A DNA stretch of 64,000 nucleotides from Escherichia coli (GTDB taxonomy: Bacteria; Pseudomonadota; Gammaproteobacteria; Enterobacterales; Enterobacteriaceae), in assembly GCF_030013205.1 (NCBI RefSeq), contig NZ_CP122648.1; one strand, given 5' to 3'. The translations under genes and the position numbers were made by a program. The notes below the pieces were generated by a model that did not search any database, was not told the origin of the DNA, and saw only the letters and a list, made by a program, of their open reading frames with translations. The stretch's first letter is position 1. Every line of letters starts with the position of its first letter. Below, piece after piece: positions 50,191 to 61,651 of this stretch.

Positions 50191-50392
50191 GAAGGTCAAA
50201 GCTATATGAATCCGCGCTGAATGGCGGAGTGTTGCTCAAAATGTGAACGCATATTGACTATACTTACGCCATTGAGGTAAAAAACAGCGTTTCATTCGGT
50301 GAATGGATAAGGCACAATGCCGGCCACCGTTTTCTTTCTCTGGTTTCAGATGAAAGAAAACGGGCGAATCTGGTTAACAAAAGCGGTGCAAT

Positions 50393-50878
50393 ATGCAAGT
50401 TTTTATCATGCGTCACGGCGACGCAGCCCTCGATGCCGCCAGTGATTCGGTTCGTCCTCTGACCACTAACGGTTGTGACGAATCTCGCCTGATGGCGAAC
50501 TGGCTGAAAGGTCAAAAAGTGGAAATCGAACGCGTTCTGGTGAGCCCGTTCCTGCGAGCCGAGCAAACACTGGAAGAAGTAGGGGATTGTCTGAACCTGC
50601 CTTCCAGTGCAGAAGTTCTGCCGGAGTTAACGCCCTGCGGCGATGTTGGTCTGGTCAGTGCCTATTTGCAGGCGTTGACCAATGAAGGTGTTGCTTCGGT
50701 ACTGGTGATCTCCCACTTACCCTTAGTCGGGTATCTGGTTGCCGAGTTATGTCCGGGCGAAACGCCGCCTATGTTTACCACCTCGGCCATTGCCAGCGTA
50801 ACGCTTGATGAAAGCGGAAACGGCACATTCAATTGGCAGATGAGCCCATGTAATCTGAAGATGGCAAAGGCGATTTAA
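50393..50878 (+). CDS. sixA: Phosphohistidine phosphatase SixA
   Basis: 161-aa ORF MQVFIMRHGDA... with the RHG motif. Confidence 0.9.
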   Translation: MQVFIMRHGDAALDAASDSVRPLTTNGCDESRLMANWLKGQKVEIERVLVSPFLRAEQTLEEVGDCLNLPSSAEVLPELTPCGDVGLVSAYLQALTNEGVASVLVISHLPLVGYLVAELCPGETPPMFTTSAIASVTLDESGNGTFNWQMSPCNLKMAKAI

Positions 50879-51536
50879 TACGCATGCACAAGGCCCGCTG
50901 GTGTAAGCTATCGGGCCTTTATTTTCTGGCAATGTTGAATTTTTTTAATCTTATTGTACTAACAATGATCCGCTTGTGATCGAATAGTCATAATTTTATA
51001 CGGTATGACGCTTTTATTTGTGGAAATTTACATATTGAAAGAAAATTTACTTTTATTCATAAATTATTTTTCTGGAAGCATTTTTAGGTAAATAATGACT
51101 AAAGTGAAAAATATTATTGGGTCTTGATTTTATATTAATTATAGTGTTTTAATATTATATCGTTGCGAAATTAATATCACAAGATAGTCATTGCCATGTG
51201 ATTGTTTTTGACTTTGATTTATTCACTGAATTTTTGCATTTGCTGTTTTTTTGAACTCATTCTTCATAACTGAGATGAAAAATTTCAGTAATTATTATCC
51301 CCGTCCATTAATTAAGTATTTCTAACTTTTAATGTTAGAAAATTTAAATTGCATCAGTCATATTAAAATATCAACATGTTCGGCACGCCAAAGAATATTA
51401 TATCAAGGAACCTGTTTTTTCAGGAGCTGAAAATCTGTTCATTGGCTGCTTAAAAGTCGCTGTAAAAATTGAAGAAGCTCTGCGTCAATATTTCAGTTGG
51501 CTTATATTATAATTATTTATGATTTAAGGACAAATA

Positions 51537-52103
51537 ATGAGTAAGTTTGTAAAAGCAGCAGTTGCCACGGCAATGCTCATGGGGGCGCTGACTTCAGCAT
51601 CAGTCGTTGCCGCAGGGAATAACGGTACAGTGAGATTTTACGGCACAATTGAAGACTCCCCGTGCTCAATTGTTCCTGACGATCATAAACTGGAAGTGGA
51701 TATGGGCAGCATCGGTACGGGTTCTTTAACCGGCGGCAAAACAACCACACCAAAAGATTTCCAGATTCGTTTACAGGACTGTAATTTCAATACTGAAACG
51801 ACAATGTCTACCACATTCACCGGTAATCCATACTCCACTAACGCAGATAACTATTCTCTGTCTAACATGGATAATGGAACTGAAATTCCAAACGTTAGCC
51901 TGGTTATCGGTGACCAGCACGGTACAGGTTATGCTCTGGGAGCAGAGATTAAGCAACCTATCGTGAGGGACAGTTCAACGGGAAAAGGCAAACCTAAACA
52001 AACTCTGAACTTTAAAGCATGGTTAGTGGGTGAAACGGCTGCTGTAACACCAACACCGGCACCGTTTGAAACGCTGACGACGTTCCAGATCACGTATCTC
52101 TAA
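51537..52103 (+). CDS. yfcV: Fimbrial major subunit (chaperone-usher pilin)
   Basis: 188-aa ORF with signal peptide and C-terminal pilin beta-strand (...TFQITYL). Confidence 0.85.
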   Translation: MSKFVKAAVATAMLMGALTSASVVAAGNNGTVRFYGTIEDSPCSIVPDDHKLEVDMGSIGTGSLTGGKTTTPKDFQIRLQDCNFNTETTMSTTFTGNPYSTNADNYSLSNMDNGTEIPNVSLVIGDQHGTGYALGAEIKQPIVRDSSTGKGKPKQTLNFKAWLVGETAAVTPTPAPFETLTTFQITYL

Positions 52104-52173
52104 TGTATTTCCCCCATAGCTGCAAAGTTATGGGGTTATAACTACCAAATAACTAAATTATAAAAAATCATGG

Positions 52174-54825
52174 ATGGATACGCCGATGCCAGAACATTCT
52201 TTTCTCCGTTTACGGGGGCTTTCGTGGTGGATTGCTCTGGCAATTTCTGGAAGTCCATTTAATGCCCTGGCTGACGATACCATTCAGTTTGATGGCCGAT
52301 TTCTTGATTTAAAAGGCAATACCAAAATTGATTTGGGCCGTTTTTCGCAAAAAGGCTATGTAGAACCGGGAAAATATAACTTACGCGTTCATGTAAATAA
52401 TCAGCCGTTACCTGACGAATACGATATCTACTGGTACGCAACTGAAAACGATCCGAATAAATCATATGCCTGCTTATCGCCAGAGCTGGTTGCCCAGTTT
52501 GGTCTGAAGGAAGATATTGCGAAAAATGTGCAATGGATCCGCGATGGTCAGTGTCTGAATACGGCACTTTTAGCAGGTACAGAAATTAGCGGCGATTTAG
52601 GCCAGTCTGCACTCCTTGTTTCTGTACCGCAGGCTTATCTGGAATATACCGACAGCGAGTGGGACCCGCCTTCGCGCTGGGATGACGGTATCCCTGGGCT
52701 TATTGCCGATTACAGTATCAACGCGCAAACCCGACATGAAAATGGGGGTGATGACACTAACGACATCAGCGGTAATGGTACGGTCGGCGTTAACGTGGGG
52801 CCGTGGCGCTTACGAGCTGACTGGCAGAGCGATTATCAGCATACGCGCAGTAACGATGACGGCGACACCGACGATAGCGGTACGCAAAAAAACTGGGAGT
52901 GGAGCCGTTACTACGCCTGGCGCGCCTTGCCGTCATTAAAAGCCAAACTTTCGCTGGGCGAAGATTACCTCAACTCCGATATTTTTGATGGTTTCAGTTA
53001 CATTGGCGGCAGCATCAGTACCGATGATCAAATGTTACCGCCAAACCTGCGCGGCTACGCCCCCGATATTTCAGGTGTTGCACACACTACCGCTAAAGTG
53101 ACTGTAACCCAAATGGGCCGTGTCATTTACGAAACCCAGGTGCCCGCAGGGCCATTCCGCATTCAGGATATTGGCGATTCCGTCTCTGGCACGCTGCATG
53201 TCCGCATTGAAGAACAAAACGGCCAGGTACAAGAATACGACGTCAGCACGGCGTCCATGCCATTCCTGACTCGCCCCGGCCAGGTGCGTTATAAAGTGAC
53301 AATGGGGCGTCCACAAAACTGGGACCATCAGGTTGCAGGTAGCTTCTTCTCGGGCGGCGAGGCATCGTGGGGGATTGCCAATGGCTGGTCGCTCTACGGC
53401 GGTGCGTTAGCCGATGAAAACTACCAGTCGGCGGCGCTGTGCCTCGGTCGTGACCTGGCGCTGTTAGGCGCGTTAGCGTTTGATGTCACTCACTCTCGTG
53501 TTCAACTCGACGATAACAGCGTGTATGGCAACAAAACGCTGGACGGCAACTCTTATCGCGTCAGCTATGCCAAAGATTTTGATGAACTCAACAGTCGGGT
53601 GACGTTTGCTGGATACCGCTTCTCTGAAAAAAACTACATGACCATGAGCGAGTATCTGGATGCGAACGACGACGACCGGGCGCGCACCGGTAACGACAAA
53701 GAGATGTATACGGTCACCTATAACCAGAACTTCACGGATGCGCGCGTTTCGGTCTATCTCAACTATTCCCACCATACCTACTGGGATCGCCAGGATCAGA
53801 CCAACTACAACATGATGCTTTCTCATTATTTCAATTTAGGAAACCTTCGTAACTTGAGCGTTTCTCTGACTGGTTATCGCTACGAATACGATAAAAGTGC
53901 CGACAAGGGTGTTTATCTGTCCTTAAGTTTGCCGTGGGGCGACAACAGCACCATCAGTTACAACGGCAACTATGGCAGCGGTGCCGACAGCAATCAGGTG
54001 AGCCTGTACCACCGCATTGATGACGCCAGCCACTACACGTTAAGCGCCGGAACCAGCGAAAACCACAGCAGCGTGGATGGCTACTACAGCCACGATGGTA
54101 CTCTGGCAAAAGTTGATCTCAGTGCCAACTACCATGAAGGGCAATACACCTCAGCAGGGATCTCTTTACAGGGCGGGGCAACGTTGACCGCTCACGGCGG
54201 GGCGCTGCATCGTACACAAAACATGGGCGGTACACGTCTGTTAATCGACGCTGATGGCGTTGCTAATGTGCCGGTTGAAGGTAATGGTTCCGCCGTTTAT
54301 ACCAACATGTTCGGCAAAGCGGTGGTGGCAGATGTTAATGATTACTACCGCAACCAGGCTTATATCGATTTGACCAAACTGCCGGAAAACGCCGAAGCCA
54401 CGAAATCAGTGGTTCAGGCAACGCTGACGGAAGGCGCTATTGGCTACCGTAAATTTGCGGTGATCAGCGGTGAGAAGGCGATGGCAGTGCTGCGCTTGCA
54501 GGATGGCAGCCATCCGCCATTTGGGGCGGAAGTGAAAAACGATAATCAACAACAAGTTGGATTGGTTGATGACGAAGGTAATGTTTATCTGGCAGGCGTT
54601 AAACCGGGTGAACATATGACCGTTTCTTGGGAGGGTGAATCTCACTGCGATATCAGCCTGCCAGACCCGTTACCGAATGACCTGTTCAATGGCTTGTTGT
54701 TGCCATGCCAGCAAAAGGGGGGAAGTTCTCCCGTCATACCGCATGATATTCAACCTGTCATTCAGGAGCAGACACAACAGGTGGCACCAATGGAACCGCC
54801 GATGTCTGTTTCATCGAACCAATAA
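52174..54825 (+). CDS. yfcU: Fimbrial outer membrane usher, full length
   Basis: 883-aa continuous ORF with usher-family features throughout. Confidence 0.85.
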   Translation: MDTPMPEHSFLRLRGLSWWIALAISGSPFNALADDTIQFDGRFLDLKGNTKIDLGRFSQKGYVEPGKYNLRVHVNNQPLPDEYDIYWYATENDPNKSYACLSPELVAQFGLKEDIAKNVQWIRDGQCLNTALLAGTEISGDLGQSALLVSVPQAYLEYTDSEWDPPSRWDDGIPGLIADYSINAQTRHENGGDDTNDISGNGTVGVNVGPWRLRADWQSDYQHTRSNDDGDTDDSGTQKNWEWSRYYAWRALPSLKAKLSLGEDYLNSDIFDGFSYIGGSISTDDQMLPPNLRGYAPDISGVAHTTAKVTVTQMGRVIYETQVPAGPFRIQDIGDSVSGTLHVRIEEQNGQVQEYDVSTASMPFLTRPGQVRYKVTMGRPQNWDHQVAGSFFSGGEASWGIANGWSLYGGALADENYQSAALCLGRDLALLGALAFDVTHSRVQLDDNSVYGNKTLDGNSYRVSYAKDFDELNSRVTFAGYRFSEKNYMTMSEYLDANDDDRARTGNDKEMYTVTYNQNFTDARVSVYLNYSHHTYWDRQDQTNYNMMLSHYFNLGNLRNLSVSLTGYRYEYDKSADKGVYLSLSLPWGDNSTISYNGNYGSGADSNQVSLYHRIDDASHYTLSAGTSENHSSVDGYYSHDGTLAKVDLSANYHEGQYTSAGISLQGGATLTAHGGALHRTQNMGGTRLLIDADGVANVPVEGNGSAVYTNMFGKAVVADVNDYYRNQAYIDLTKLPENAEATKSVVQATLTEGAIGYRKFAVISGEKAMAVLRLQDGSHPPFGAEVKNDNQQQVGLVDDEGNVYLAGVKPGEHMTVSWEGESHCDISLPDPLPNDLFNGLLLPCQQKGGSSPVIPHDIQPVIQEQTQQVAPMEPPMSVSSNQ

Positions 54826-54844
54826 CGTGATTAAGGAATGATCC

Positions 54845-55594
54845 ATGATTAAACATCTCTCTGCCAAAACATTGACAACGGTACTGTCGTTGCTGGCAGC
54901 AACGGTAAGTTTTTCTGCCCAGGCGTCAGTAACGCCCGATCGTACCCGGCTGATTTTCAATGAAAGCGATAAATCTATCAGCGTGACGCTGCGTAATAAC
55001 GACCCCAAACTGCCTTATCTGGCGCAAAGCTGGATTGAAGATGAAAAGGGCGTCAAGATCAGCTCGCCGCTGGCGGTATTGCCGCCCGTACAGCGCATTG
55101 ATGCAATGATGAATGGTCAGGTTAAAATTCAGGGCCTGCCGGATATTCATAAATTACCTGCCGATCGGGAATCGATGTTCTATTTCAACGTGCGCGAAAT
55201 TCCGCCGAAATCGAACAAATCCAACACGCTGCAAATCGCCCTCCAGACGCGTATCAAACTTTTCTGGCGACCGAAAGCCCTGGAAAAAACCACTACGCAA
55301 AACCCGTGGCAGCATAAAGTGACCTTAACCCGCAACGGTCAGGAATTTACCGTTAATAACCCGACGCCGTATTACGTCATTTTCAGTAATGCCAGCGCAC
55401 AGAAAAATGGCAATCCGGCAGCCGGTTTCTCGCCAATAGTGATGTCGCCGAAAACCTCTGCACCGCTGAATGTGAAGATGGGTAGCGTGCCGGTACTGAC
55501 CTATGTCAACGACTATGGCGCTCGGATGCCGCTCTTTTTCACCTGCAACGGTAACAGTTGCCAGGTTGATGAAGAGCAGAGCCGCAAAGGCTGA
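54845..55594 (+). CDS. yfcS: Fimbrial periplasmic chaperone (PapD-like)
   Basis: 249-aa ORF with signal peptide and PapD-fold motifs. Confidence 0.85.
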   Translation: MIKHLSAKTLTTVLSLLAATVSFSAQASVTPDRTRLIFNESDKSISVTLRNNDPKLPYLAQSWIEDEKGVKISSPLAVLPPVQRIDAMMNGQVKIQGLPDIHKLPADRESMFYFNVREIPPKSNKSNTLQIALQTRIKLFWRPKALEKTTTQNPWQHKVTLTRNGQEFTVNNPTPYYVIFSNASAQKNGNPAAGFSPIVMSPKTSAPLNVKMGSVPVLTYVNDYGARMPLFFTCNGNSCQVDEEQSRKG

Positions 55595-55609
55595 GGCCGG
55601 GAGTGTGAG

Positions 55610-56101
55610 ATGAAACGACTACTTTTGGCCGGGTTGGGAGGAGTGCTGCTTACGGGCAGTGCTCTTGCCGGTGAAACGAAAAGTGTGCCATTAACATTGC
55701 ACGTGCTGGTAGATCCACCACCTCCATGTACCGTAAAAGGCAGTAACGTCGATTTTGGTGATGTGATCATCAAAAAAATCAATGGTACTGAATATCGCAA
55801 AGATGCAGGTTATACCCTGAACTGTGCCAATAGCCTGAGCGATGACCTTCAGATGCAGTTTAAGGGCACAACCACCACGATCAATGGCGAAACGGTGTTA
55901 AGCACGGGAATTACCGGGTTTGGCATTCGTATTGAAAATGCAGCAGATAACTCTCTGTTTGCGATTGGCGACAATACCTGGACTCCATTTAGTGTCAGTA
56001 GCCAGCCACAACTCAAAGCAGTGCCAGTCAAACAGAATGGCGTGACGCTGACAGGCGCACAGTTTAACGCCAGCATGACAATGGTGGTGGATTACCAATG
56101 A
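55610..56101 (+). CDS. yfcR: Fimbrial minor subunit
   Basis: 163-aa pilin-like ORF with signal peptide and conserved Cys pair. Confidence 0.8.
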   Translation: MKRLLLAGLGGVLLTGSALAGETKSVPLTLHVLVDPPPPCTVKGSNVDFGDVIIKKINGTEYRKDAGYTLNCANSLSDDLQMQFKGTTTTINGETVLSTGITGFGIRIENAADNSLFAIGDNTWTPFSVSSQPQLKAVPVKQNGVTLTGAQFNASMTMVVDYQ

Positions 56102-56577
56102 AACGACTCTCGTTAATTTTATTATCCGCTTTTTGCACCATAACGCATGCCGCACCGGAAGATATCACCTTCACGGGTACGCTGATCGAACCTCCGGTCT
56201 GCACCGTCAGCAATGGTGATGATATTGAGATCCAGTTTATCGACGTCATTATCGACAATATTGACGGGGTTAATTACCGCAAAGATGTTCCGTACCAGAT
56301 AACGTGTGACCCTGATATTACCGATGACGCCTGGGTAATGACGCTAACCTGGACCGGTACACAGACCAGCTATAACGATGCGGCGATTCAGACGGATGTG
56401 ACGGGTTTAGGGATTGAACTCCAGCAAAACGGTCAGCCCTTTAAGCTGAATACCCCGCTTAACGTGACACCCGCCAACCTGCCGAAGTTGAAGGCCGCAC
56501 CTGTAAAAGCTTCCGATGCCACGCTGACTGACGGTAACTTTTCCGCTTACGCCACATTGCAGGTGGATTATCAATGA
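56098..56577 (+). CDS. yfcQ: Fimbrial minor subunit
   Basis: 159-aa pilin-like ORF ending ...TLQVDYQ. Confidence 0.8.
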   Translation: MKRLSLILLSAFCTITHAAPEDITFTGTLIEPPVCTVSNGDDIEIQFIDVIIDNIDGVNYRKDVPYQITCDPDITDDAWVMTLTWTGTQTSYNDAAIQTDVTGLGIELQQNGQPFKLNTPLNVTPANLPKLKAAPVKASDATLTDGNFSAYATLQVDYQ

Positions 56578-57119
56578 ACAAACTGAAGAAATATCAATGT
56601 ATCAGGGTGCAAACCCTTCTGTTGGGCGGTGTGCTGGTGCTGGTGAGTCATTCAGCACTGGCAGCTAATAATTTGCATTTTTACGGCAACCTGATGAGCA
56701 AAACCTGTACTCCGGTGGAACAGGCTGGAACGTTGGCAGAGGTACAGTTTGCTGATATCAGCTACAAAGATTTGATGGTGCGCGGTCAGTCCGATCGTGT
56801 ACCGGTGGTTTTTCGCCTGAAAGATTGCCATGGGCCAGCGCAGTACAGCGTAAAAGTTACTCTGACCGGAACAGAAGACAGTGGGCAACCGGGATTTCTG
56901 GCTCTGGATGATACCTCCGGTGCACAGGGCGTAGGCATTGGTATGGAAACTACTGACGGTACTGCGGTTGCTATTAATAACACGACGGGGGTGACCTTTG
57001 TGCTGAATGATGGCAATAACAGTCTTAATTTCAGGGCCTGGTTACAGGCGAAAGAAGGGCGTGCAGTAACGCCCGGTAATTTTACTGCCCAGTTAACCGC
57101 CACGTTTGAGTACATTTAA
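56574..57119 (+). CDS. yfcP: Fimbrial minor subunit
   Basis: 181-aa pilin-like ORF ending ...TATFEYI. Confidence 0.8.
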   Translation: MNKLKKYQCIRVQTLLLGGVLVLVSHSALAANNLHFYGNLMSKTCTPVEQAGTLAEVQFADISYKDLMVRGQSDRVPVVFRLKDCHGPAQYSVKVTLTGTEDSGQPGFLALDDTSGAQGVGIGMETTDGTAVAINNTTGVTFVLNDGNNSLNFRAWLQAKEGRAVTPGNFTAQLTATFEYI

Positions 57120-57984
57120 GATGAAAAAAATACGCTGGATTTTTGGCCTGATAATGTTGTTTTTTTTCAGTACAGCAGTACAGGCGAATACCATTGTTGC
57201 CACATTGTATACTCCCGTTGGATATTCAACGCATACTACAAAGATTGTTTATTATCTCGATGTTCTCACTCCCGAGTCCGTCAACCACGGTAGCTATAAA
57301 CCACCAGATGGTTATGGGGTGATCACGGGATGGATGGATAAAATCAGTTGGACAGGATCGGGGACTGCACCATCATTAAAAATTATATCTTTGACCAAGA
57401 TCGGTAAATCATCATGCCCCGGGCTTGACGAGTTTGATAGTCGTTCTGGTTATAGTGACTGGACTTGTTATGAAGCGCGAATTGAAGTCTGGAAGGAAGA
57501 CTCCAGCGTCCATGGTTGCCCGTGGCTGGTTTCGACACATGCTGATAGCCGTCTACCTTTAGACCCTGGTCCAGGAACCTATTCCGGACCTACAGTCAGT
57601 AACTCTTCTTGTCCACCTATACCGTTAGGGCCTTATGATGTGTCCTGGAATGAAAGTCGGGTTGTGCGTGATAAGACGTTAACTCTCCAGTCTACCGGCG
57701 GGATAATTGAAAAAACGCTCTCCACCTACCTGATGAAAGACGGCAAACTGTGTGATGGCAGCAAATTTGGCGATACTGACGATCGTGGTGCTTATTGTCG
57801 TTGGGTGTCGCAAATGCTCACCTTCACCTCATCGGGCTGTGACAATGCCAAAGTGACGGTAACACCAAATCGTCACCCCGTTACCGACAAAGAGCTTCAC
57901 GATATGGTGCTTCGCGTGGATACCACCTCGCGGCAACCTATTGATTCTACCTGTCGATTCCAGTACGTGCTGAATATGCTGTAG
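57106..57984 (+). CDS. yfcO: Fimbrial operon terminal protein (putative tip adhesin)
   Basis: 292-aa secreted Cys-containing ORF at the operon end; start may be 57121 (MKKIRW...). Confidence 0.7.
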   Translation: MSTFKMKKIRWIFGLIMLFFFSTAVQANTIVATLYTPVGYSTHTTKIVYYLDVLTPESVNHGSYKPPDGYGVITGWMDKISWTGSGTAPSLKIISLTKIGKSSCPGLDEFDSRSGYSDWTCYEARIEVWKEDSSVHGCPWLVSTHADSRLPLDPGPGTYSGPTVSNSSCPPIPLGPYDVSWNESRVVRDKTLTLQSTGGIIEKTLSTYLMKDGKLCDGSKFGDTDDRGAYCRWVSQMLTFTSSGCDNAKVTVTPNRHPVTDKELHDMVLRVDTTSRQPIDSTCRFQYVLNML

Positions 57985-58005
57985 TAGTTCGTCGTTGTGC
58001 ACTGA

Positions 58006-58040
58006 TGCCTGATGCGACGCTGAAGCGTCTTATCAGGCAT
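58006..58040. repeat. REP (repetitive extragenic palindromic) element
   Basis: ATGCCTGATGCGACGCTGAAGCGTCTTATCAGGCAT, a typical enterobacterial REP palindrome between convergent genes. Confidence 0.8.
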
Positions 58041-58053
58041 TCGATGCCAGCAT

Positions 58054-58605
58054 TCACGGTAATTCCGGCGGCAACCACTCATCCACTTCAATCAACACCA
58101 GCAATGCCGCATCACCACCGTACTCTTTTGGTGCCTGGTGAAATGCCATGACATGTGGATGCTGCGCCAGCCACAGCGGCGTTTGCTGCTTCAAAATATG
58201 CTTCCCATGACCATGCATCACGCAGGCACAAAACACATGTTCGCGGCGGCAGGCAGCAATCAATGCGCCTAATTCCTGCTTGGCTTGCAGCTGCGTCAAA
58301 CCGTGCAAATCCAAAAACAGCTCCGGTGAATAATCGCCACGGCGTAACTTCTTCGCCTCAAAATGGCTTACATCCGGGCGAACATATTTCACCGGACCTT
58401 CGGTATTCAATAACGGCTGAAACTCATCGGAAAAATAATGGCTGGCATCGGCCTGCTCCTGAATCAACCGCTTCACCGGCACTTCGCTGATTTTTTTACG
58501 CTGCGGTCGGTGGACAATCGTGTCCTGCTTAATCTTGCGAGTCCCCGCCATCAACTGGCGAAACAGAGCCTGGTCCTCCTCGCTAAGTGTTGTTTTCTTT
58601 TTCAT
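58054..58605 (-). CDS. smrB: Smr-domain ribosome rescue endonuclease SmrB
   Basis: 183-aa ORF with C-terminal Smr domain (...[23 protein letters not shown]...VMHGHGK...). Confidence 0.9.
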
Positions 58606-58770
58606 TTATCTGTCTCTATTTCTAATTTTCCTACAGTTTACCCGACTCGTAGCACAATCGATCGTTTTAAACGTATTTTTCCTCACTCACCGCGCGTGAA
58701 TGCTGATTTATCGTCATCTTCATGGCAAACTAGCCGCCGAAATTATTGCGATCATGCCCTGGAGGAATAC

Positions 58771-59703
58771 GTGGATAAAATTTTCGTTGATGAAGCAGTA
58801 AATGAGCTGCAAACCATTCAGGACATGTTGCGCTGGTCGGTGAGCCGCTTCAGCGCGGCGAATATCTGGTACGGCCACGGCACTGACAACCCGTGGGATG
58901 AAGCCGTGCAACTGGTGTTGCCTTCGCTCTACCTGCCGCTGGATATCCCGGAAGATATGCGCACCGCGCGTCTGACCTCCAGCGAAAAACACCGTATTGT
59001 TGAGCGCGTGATTCGCCGCGTCAACGAGCGCATTCCGGTGGCCTACCTGACCAACAAAGCCTGGTTCTGCGGTCATGAATTTTACGTCGATGAACGTGTG
59101 CTGGTGCCGCGCTCGCCGATTGGTGAACTGATTAACAATAAATTTGCCGGACTCATCAGCAAGCAACCGCAGCACATTCTGGATATGTGCACCGGAAGCG
59201 GCTGCATTGCAATTGCCTGTGCTTATGCCTTCCCGGAAGCGGAAGTCGACGCGGTAGATATCTCTCCCGACGCGCTGGCGGTGGCTGAACAGAACATCGA
59301 AGAACACGGTCTGATCCACAACGTCATCCCAATTCGCTCCGATCTGTTCCGTGATTTGCCGAAAGTACAGTACGACCTGATCGTCACTAACCCGCCGTAC
59401 GTCGATGCGGAAGATATGTCCGACCTGCCAAATGAATACCGCCACGAGCCGGAACTGGGCCTGGCATCTGGCACCGACGGCCTGAAACTGACGCGTCGCA
59501 TTCTCGGTAACGCGGCAGATTACCTCGCTGATGATGGCGTGCTGATTTGTGAAGTGGGCAACAGCATGGTACATCTTATGGAACAATATCCGGATGTTCC
59601 GTTCACCTGGCTGGAGTTTGATAACGGCGGCGATGGTGTGTTTATGCTCACCAAAGAGCAACTGCTGGCGGCCCGTGAACATTTCGCGATTTATAAAGAT
59701 TAA
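58771..59703 (+). CDS. prmB: Ribosomal protein L3 glutamine N5-methyltransferase PrmB
   Basis: GTG start giving 310 aa; methyltransferase motifs [13 protein letters not shown] and NPPY; the long ORF in the track is an upstream extension. Confidence 0.9.
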   Translation: MDKIFVDEAVNELQTIQDMLRWSVSRFSAANIWYGHGTDNPWDEAVQLVLPSLYLPLDIPEDMRTARLTSSEKHRIVERVIRRVNERIPVAYLTNKAWFCGHEFYVDERVLVPRSPIGELINNKFAGLISKQPQHILDMCTGSGCIAIACAYAFPEAEVDAVDISPDALAVAEQNIEEHGLIHNVIPIRSDLFRDLPKVQYDLIVTNPPYVDAEDMSDLPNEYRHEPELGLASGTDGLKLTRRILGNAADYLADDGVLICEVGNSMVHLMEQYPDVPFTWLEFDNGGDGVFMLTKEQLLAAREHFAIYKD

Positions 59704-59737
59704 GTAAACACGCAAACACAACAATAACGGAGCCGTG

Positions 59738-60823
59738 ATGGCTGGAAACACAATTGGACAACTCTTTCGCGTAACCACCTTCGGCGAATCGCACGGGCTG
59801 GCGCTCGGCTGCATCGTCGATGGTGTTCCGCCAGGTATTCCGCTCACGGAAGCGGACCTGCAACATGACCTCGACCGTCGTCGCCCTGGGACATCGCGCT
59901 ATACCACCCAGCGCCGCGAGCCGGATCAGGTCAAAATACTCTCCGGTGTTTTTGAAGGTGTTACTACCGGCACCAGCATTGGCTTGTTGATCGAAAATAC
60001 CGACCAGCGTTCTCAGGATTACAGCGCCATTAAAGACGTTTTCCGTCCAGGCCATGCCGATTACACCTATGAACAAAAATACGGTCTGCGCGATTATCGC
60101 GGCGGTGGACGTTCTTCCGCCCGTGAAACCGCTATGCGCGTGGCGGCAGGGGCGATTGCCAAAAAATATCTCGCCGAGAAATTTGGCATTGAGATTCGCG
60201 GCTGCCTGACCCAGATGGGCGACATTCCGCTGGAAATCAAAGACTGGTCGCAGGTCGAGCAAAATCCATTCTTCTGCCCGGACCCGGACAAAATCGACGC
60301 GTTAGATGAACTGATGCGCGCGCTGAAAAAAGAGGGCGACTCTATTGGCGCGAAAGTCACCGTCGTTGCCAGTGGCGTACCCGCCGGACTTGGCGAGCCG
60401 GTCTTTGACCGCCTGGATGCCGACATCGCCCATGCGCTGATGAGCATCAACGCGGTGAAAGGCGTGGAAATTGGCGACGGTTTTGACGTGGTGGCGCTGC
60501 GTGGCAGCCAGAACCGCGACGAAATTACCAAAGACGGTTTCCAGAGCAACCATGCAGGCGGCATTCTTGGCGGCATCAGCAGCGGGCAGCAAATCATTGC
60601 CCATATGGCGCTGAAACCGACCTCCAGCATTACCGTGCCAGGGCGCACAATCAACCGCTTTGGCGAAGAAGTTGAGATGATCACCAAAGGCCGTCACGAT
60701 CCTTGTGTCGGGATCCGTGCGGTGCCGATCGCAGAAGCGATGCTGGCGATCGTTTTGATGGATCACCTGTTACGGCAACGGGCGCAAAATGCCGATGTGA
60801 AGACTGATATTCCACGCTGGTAA
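59738..60823 (+). CDS. aroC: Chorismate synthase
   Basis: [36 protein letters not shown]... Confidence 0.95.
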   Translation: MAGNTIGQLFRVTTFGESHGLALGCIVDGVPPGIPLTEADLQHDLDRRRPGTSRYTTQRREPDQVKILSGVFEGVTTGTSIGLLIENTDQRSQDYSAIKDVFRPGHADYTYEQKYGLRDYRGGGRSSARETAMRVAAGAIAKKYLAEKFGIEIRGCLTQMGDIPLEIKDWSQVEQNPFFCPDPDKIDALDELMRALKKEGDSIGAKVTVVASGVPAGLGEPVFDRLDADIAHALMSINAVKGVEIGDGFDVVALRGSQNRDEITKDGFQSNHAGGILGGISSGQQIIAHMALKPTSSITVPGRTINRFGEEVEMITKGRHDPCVGIRAVPIAEAMLAIVLMDHLLRQRAQNADVKTDIPRW

Positions 60824-60826
60824 AAA

Positions 60827-61651
60827 ATGAACAAAACCGCGATTGCGCTGCTGGCCCTGCTTGCCAGTAGCGCCAGCCTGGCAGCGACGCCGTGGCAAAA
60901 AATAACCCAACCTGTGCCGGGTAGCGCACAATCGATAGGCAGTTTTTCTAATGGTTGTATCGTCGGCGCTGACACGCTGCCGATACAGTCCGAACATTAT
61001 CAGGTCATGCGTACCGATCAGCGTCGCTATTTCGGACATCCGGATCTGGTGATGTTTATCCAGCGTCTGAGTAGCCAGGTGAGCAATCTGGGCTTGGGCA
61101 CGGTGCTGATTGGCGATATGGGGATGCCTGCTGGTGGGCGTTTCAACGGCGGTCACGCCAGCCACCAGACCGGACTGGATGTCGATATCTTCCTGCAACT
61201 GCCAAAAACACGCTGGACCTCCGCGCAGCTCTTGCGCCCACAAGCGTTAGATTTAGTTTCCCGCGACGGTAAACACGTTGTCTCCACGCTGTGGAAGCCG
61301 GAAATTTTCAGCTTGATCAAACTCGCCGCCCAGGACAAAGACGTCACGCGCATTTTTGTTAATCCGGCGATTAAACAACAACTTTGCCTTGATGCGGGCA
61401 CCGATCGCGACTGGTTGCGCAAAGTGCGACCCTGGTTCCAGCATCGCGCACATATGCATGTACGATTACGTTGTCCTGCCGATAGTCTGGAGTGTGAAGA
61501 TCAACCTTTACCGCCACCGGGCGATGGTTGCGGGGCAGAACTGCAAAGCTGGTTTGAACCTCCAAAACCGGGAACAACAAAGCCTGAGAAGAAGACACCG
61601 CCTCCGTTGCCGCCTTCCTGCCAGGCGCTACTGGATGAGCACGTGATCTAA
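60827..61651 (+). CDS. mepA: Penicillin-insensitive murein DD-endopeptidase MepA
   Basis: 274-aa ORF with signal peptide, immediately after aroC. Confidence 0.9.
   Translation: MNKTAIALLALLASSASLAATPWQKITQPVPGSAQSIGSFSNGCIVGADTLPIQSEHYQVMRTDQRRYFGHPDLVMFIQRLSSQVSNLGLGTVLIGDMGMPAGGRFNGGHASHQTGLDVDIFLQLPKTRWTSAQLLRPQALDLVSRDGKHVVSTLWKPEIFSLIKLAAQDKDVTRIFVNPAIKQQLCLDAGTDRDWLRKVRPWFQHRAHMHVRLRCPADSLECEDQPLPPPGDGCGAELQSWFEPPKPGTTKPEKKTPPPLPPSCQALLDEHVI

Noticed and set aside
58720-59847. 375-aa minus-strand ORF antisense to prmB
   Set aside because: Antisense to a well-conserved methyltransferase gene; long shadow ORFs are common in GC-rich coding regions.
60094-61243. Several minus-strand ORFs (154-197 aa) antisense to aroC and mepA
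   Set aside because: They overlap conserved housekeeping genes on the opposite strand and have Arg/Ala/Pro-rich composition typical of antisense artefacts.
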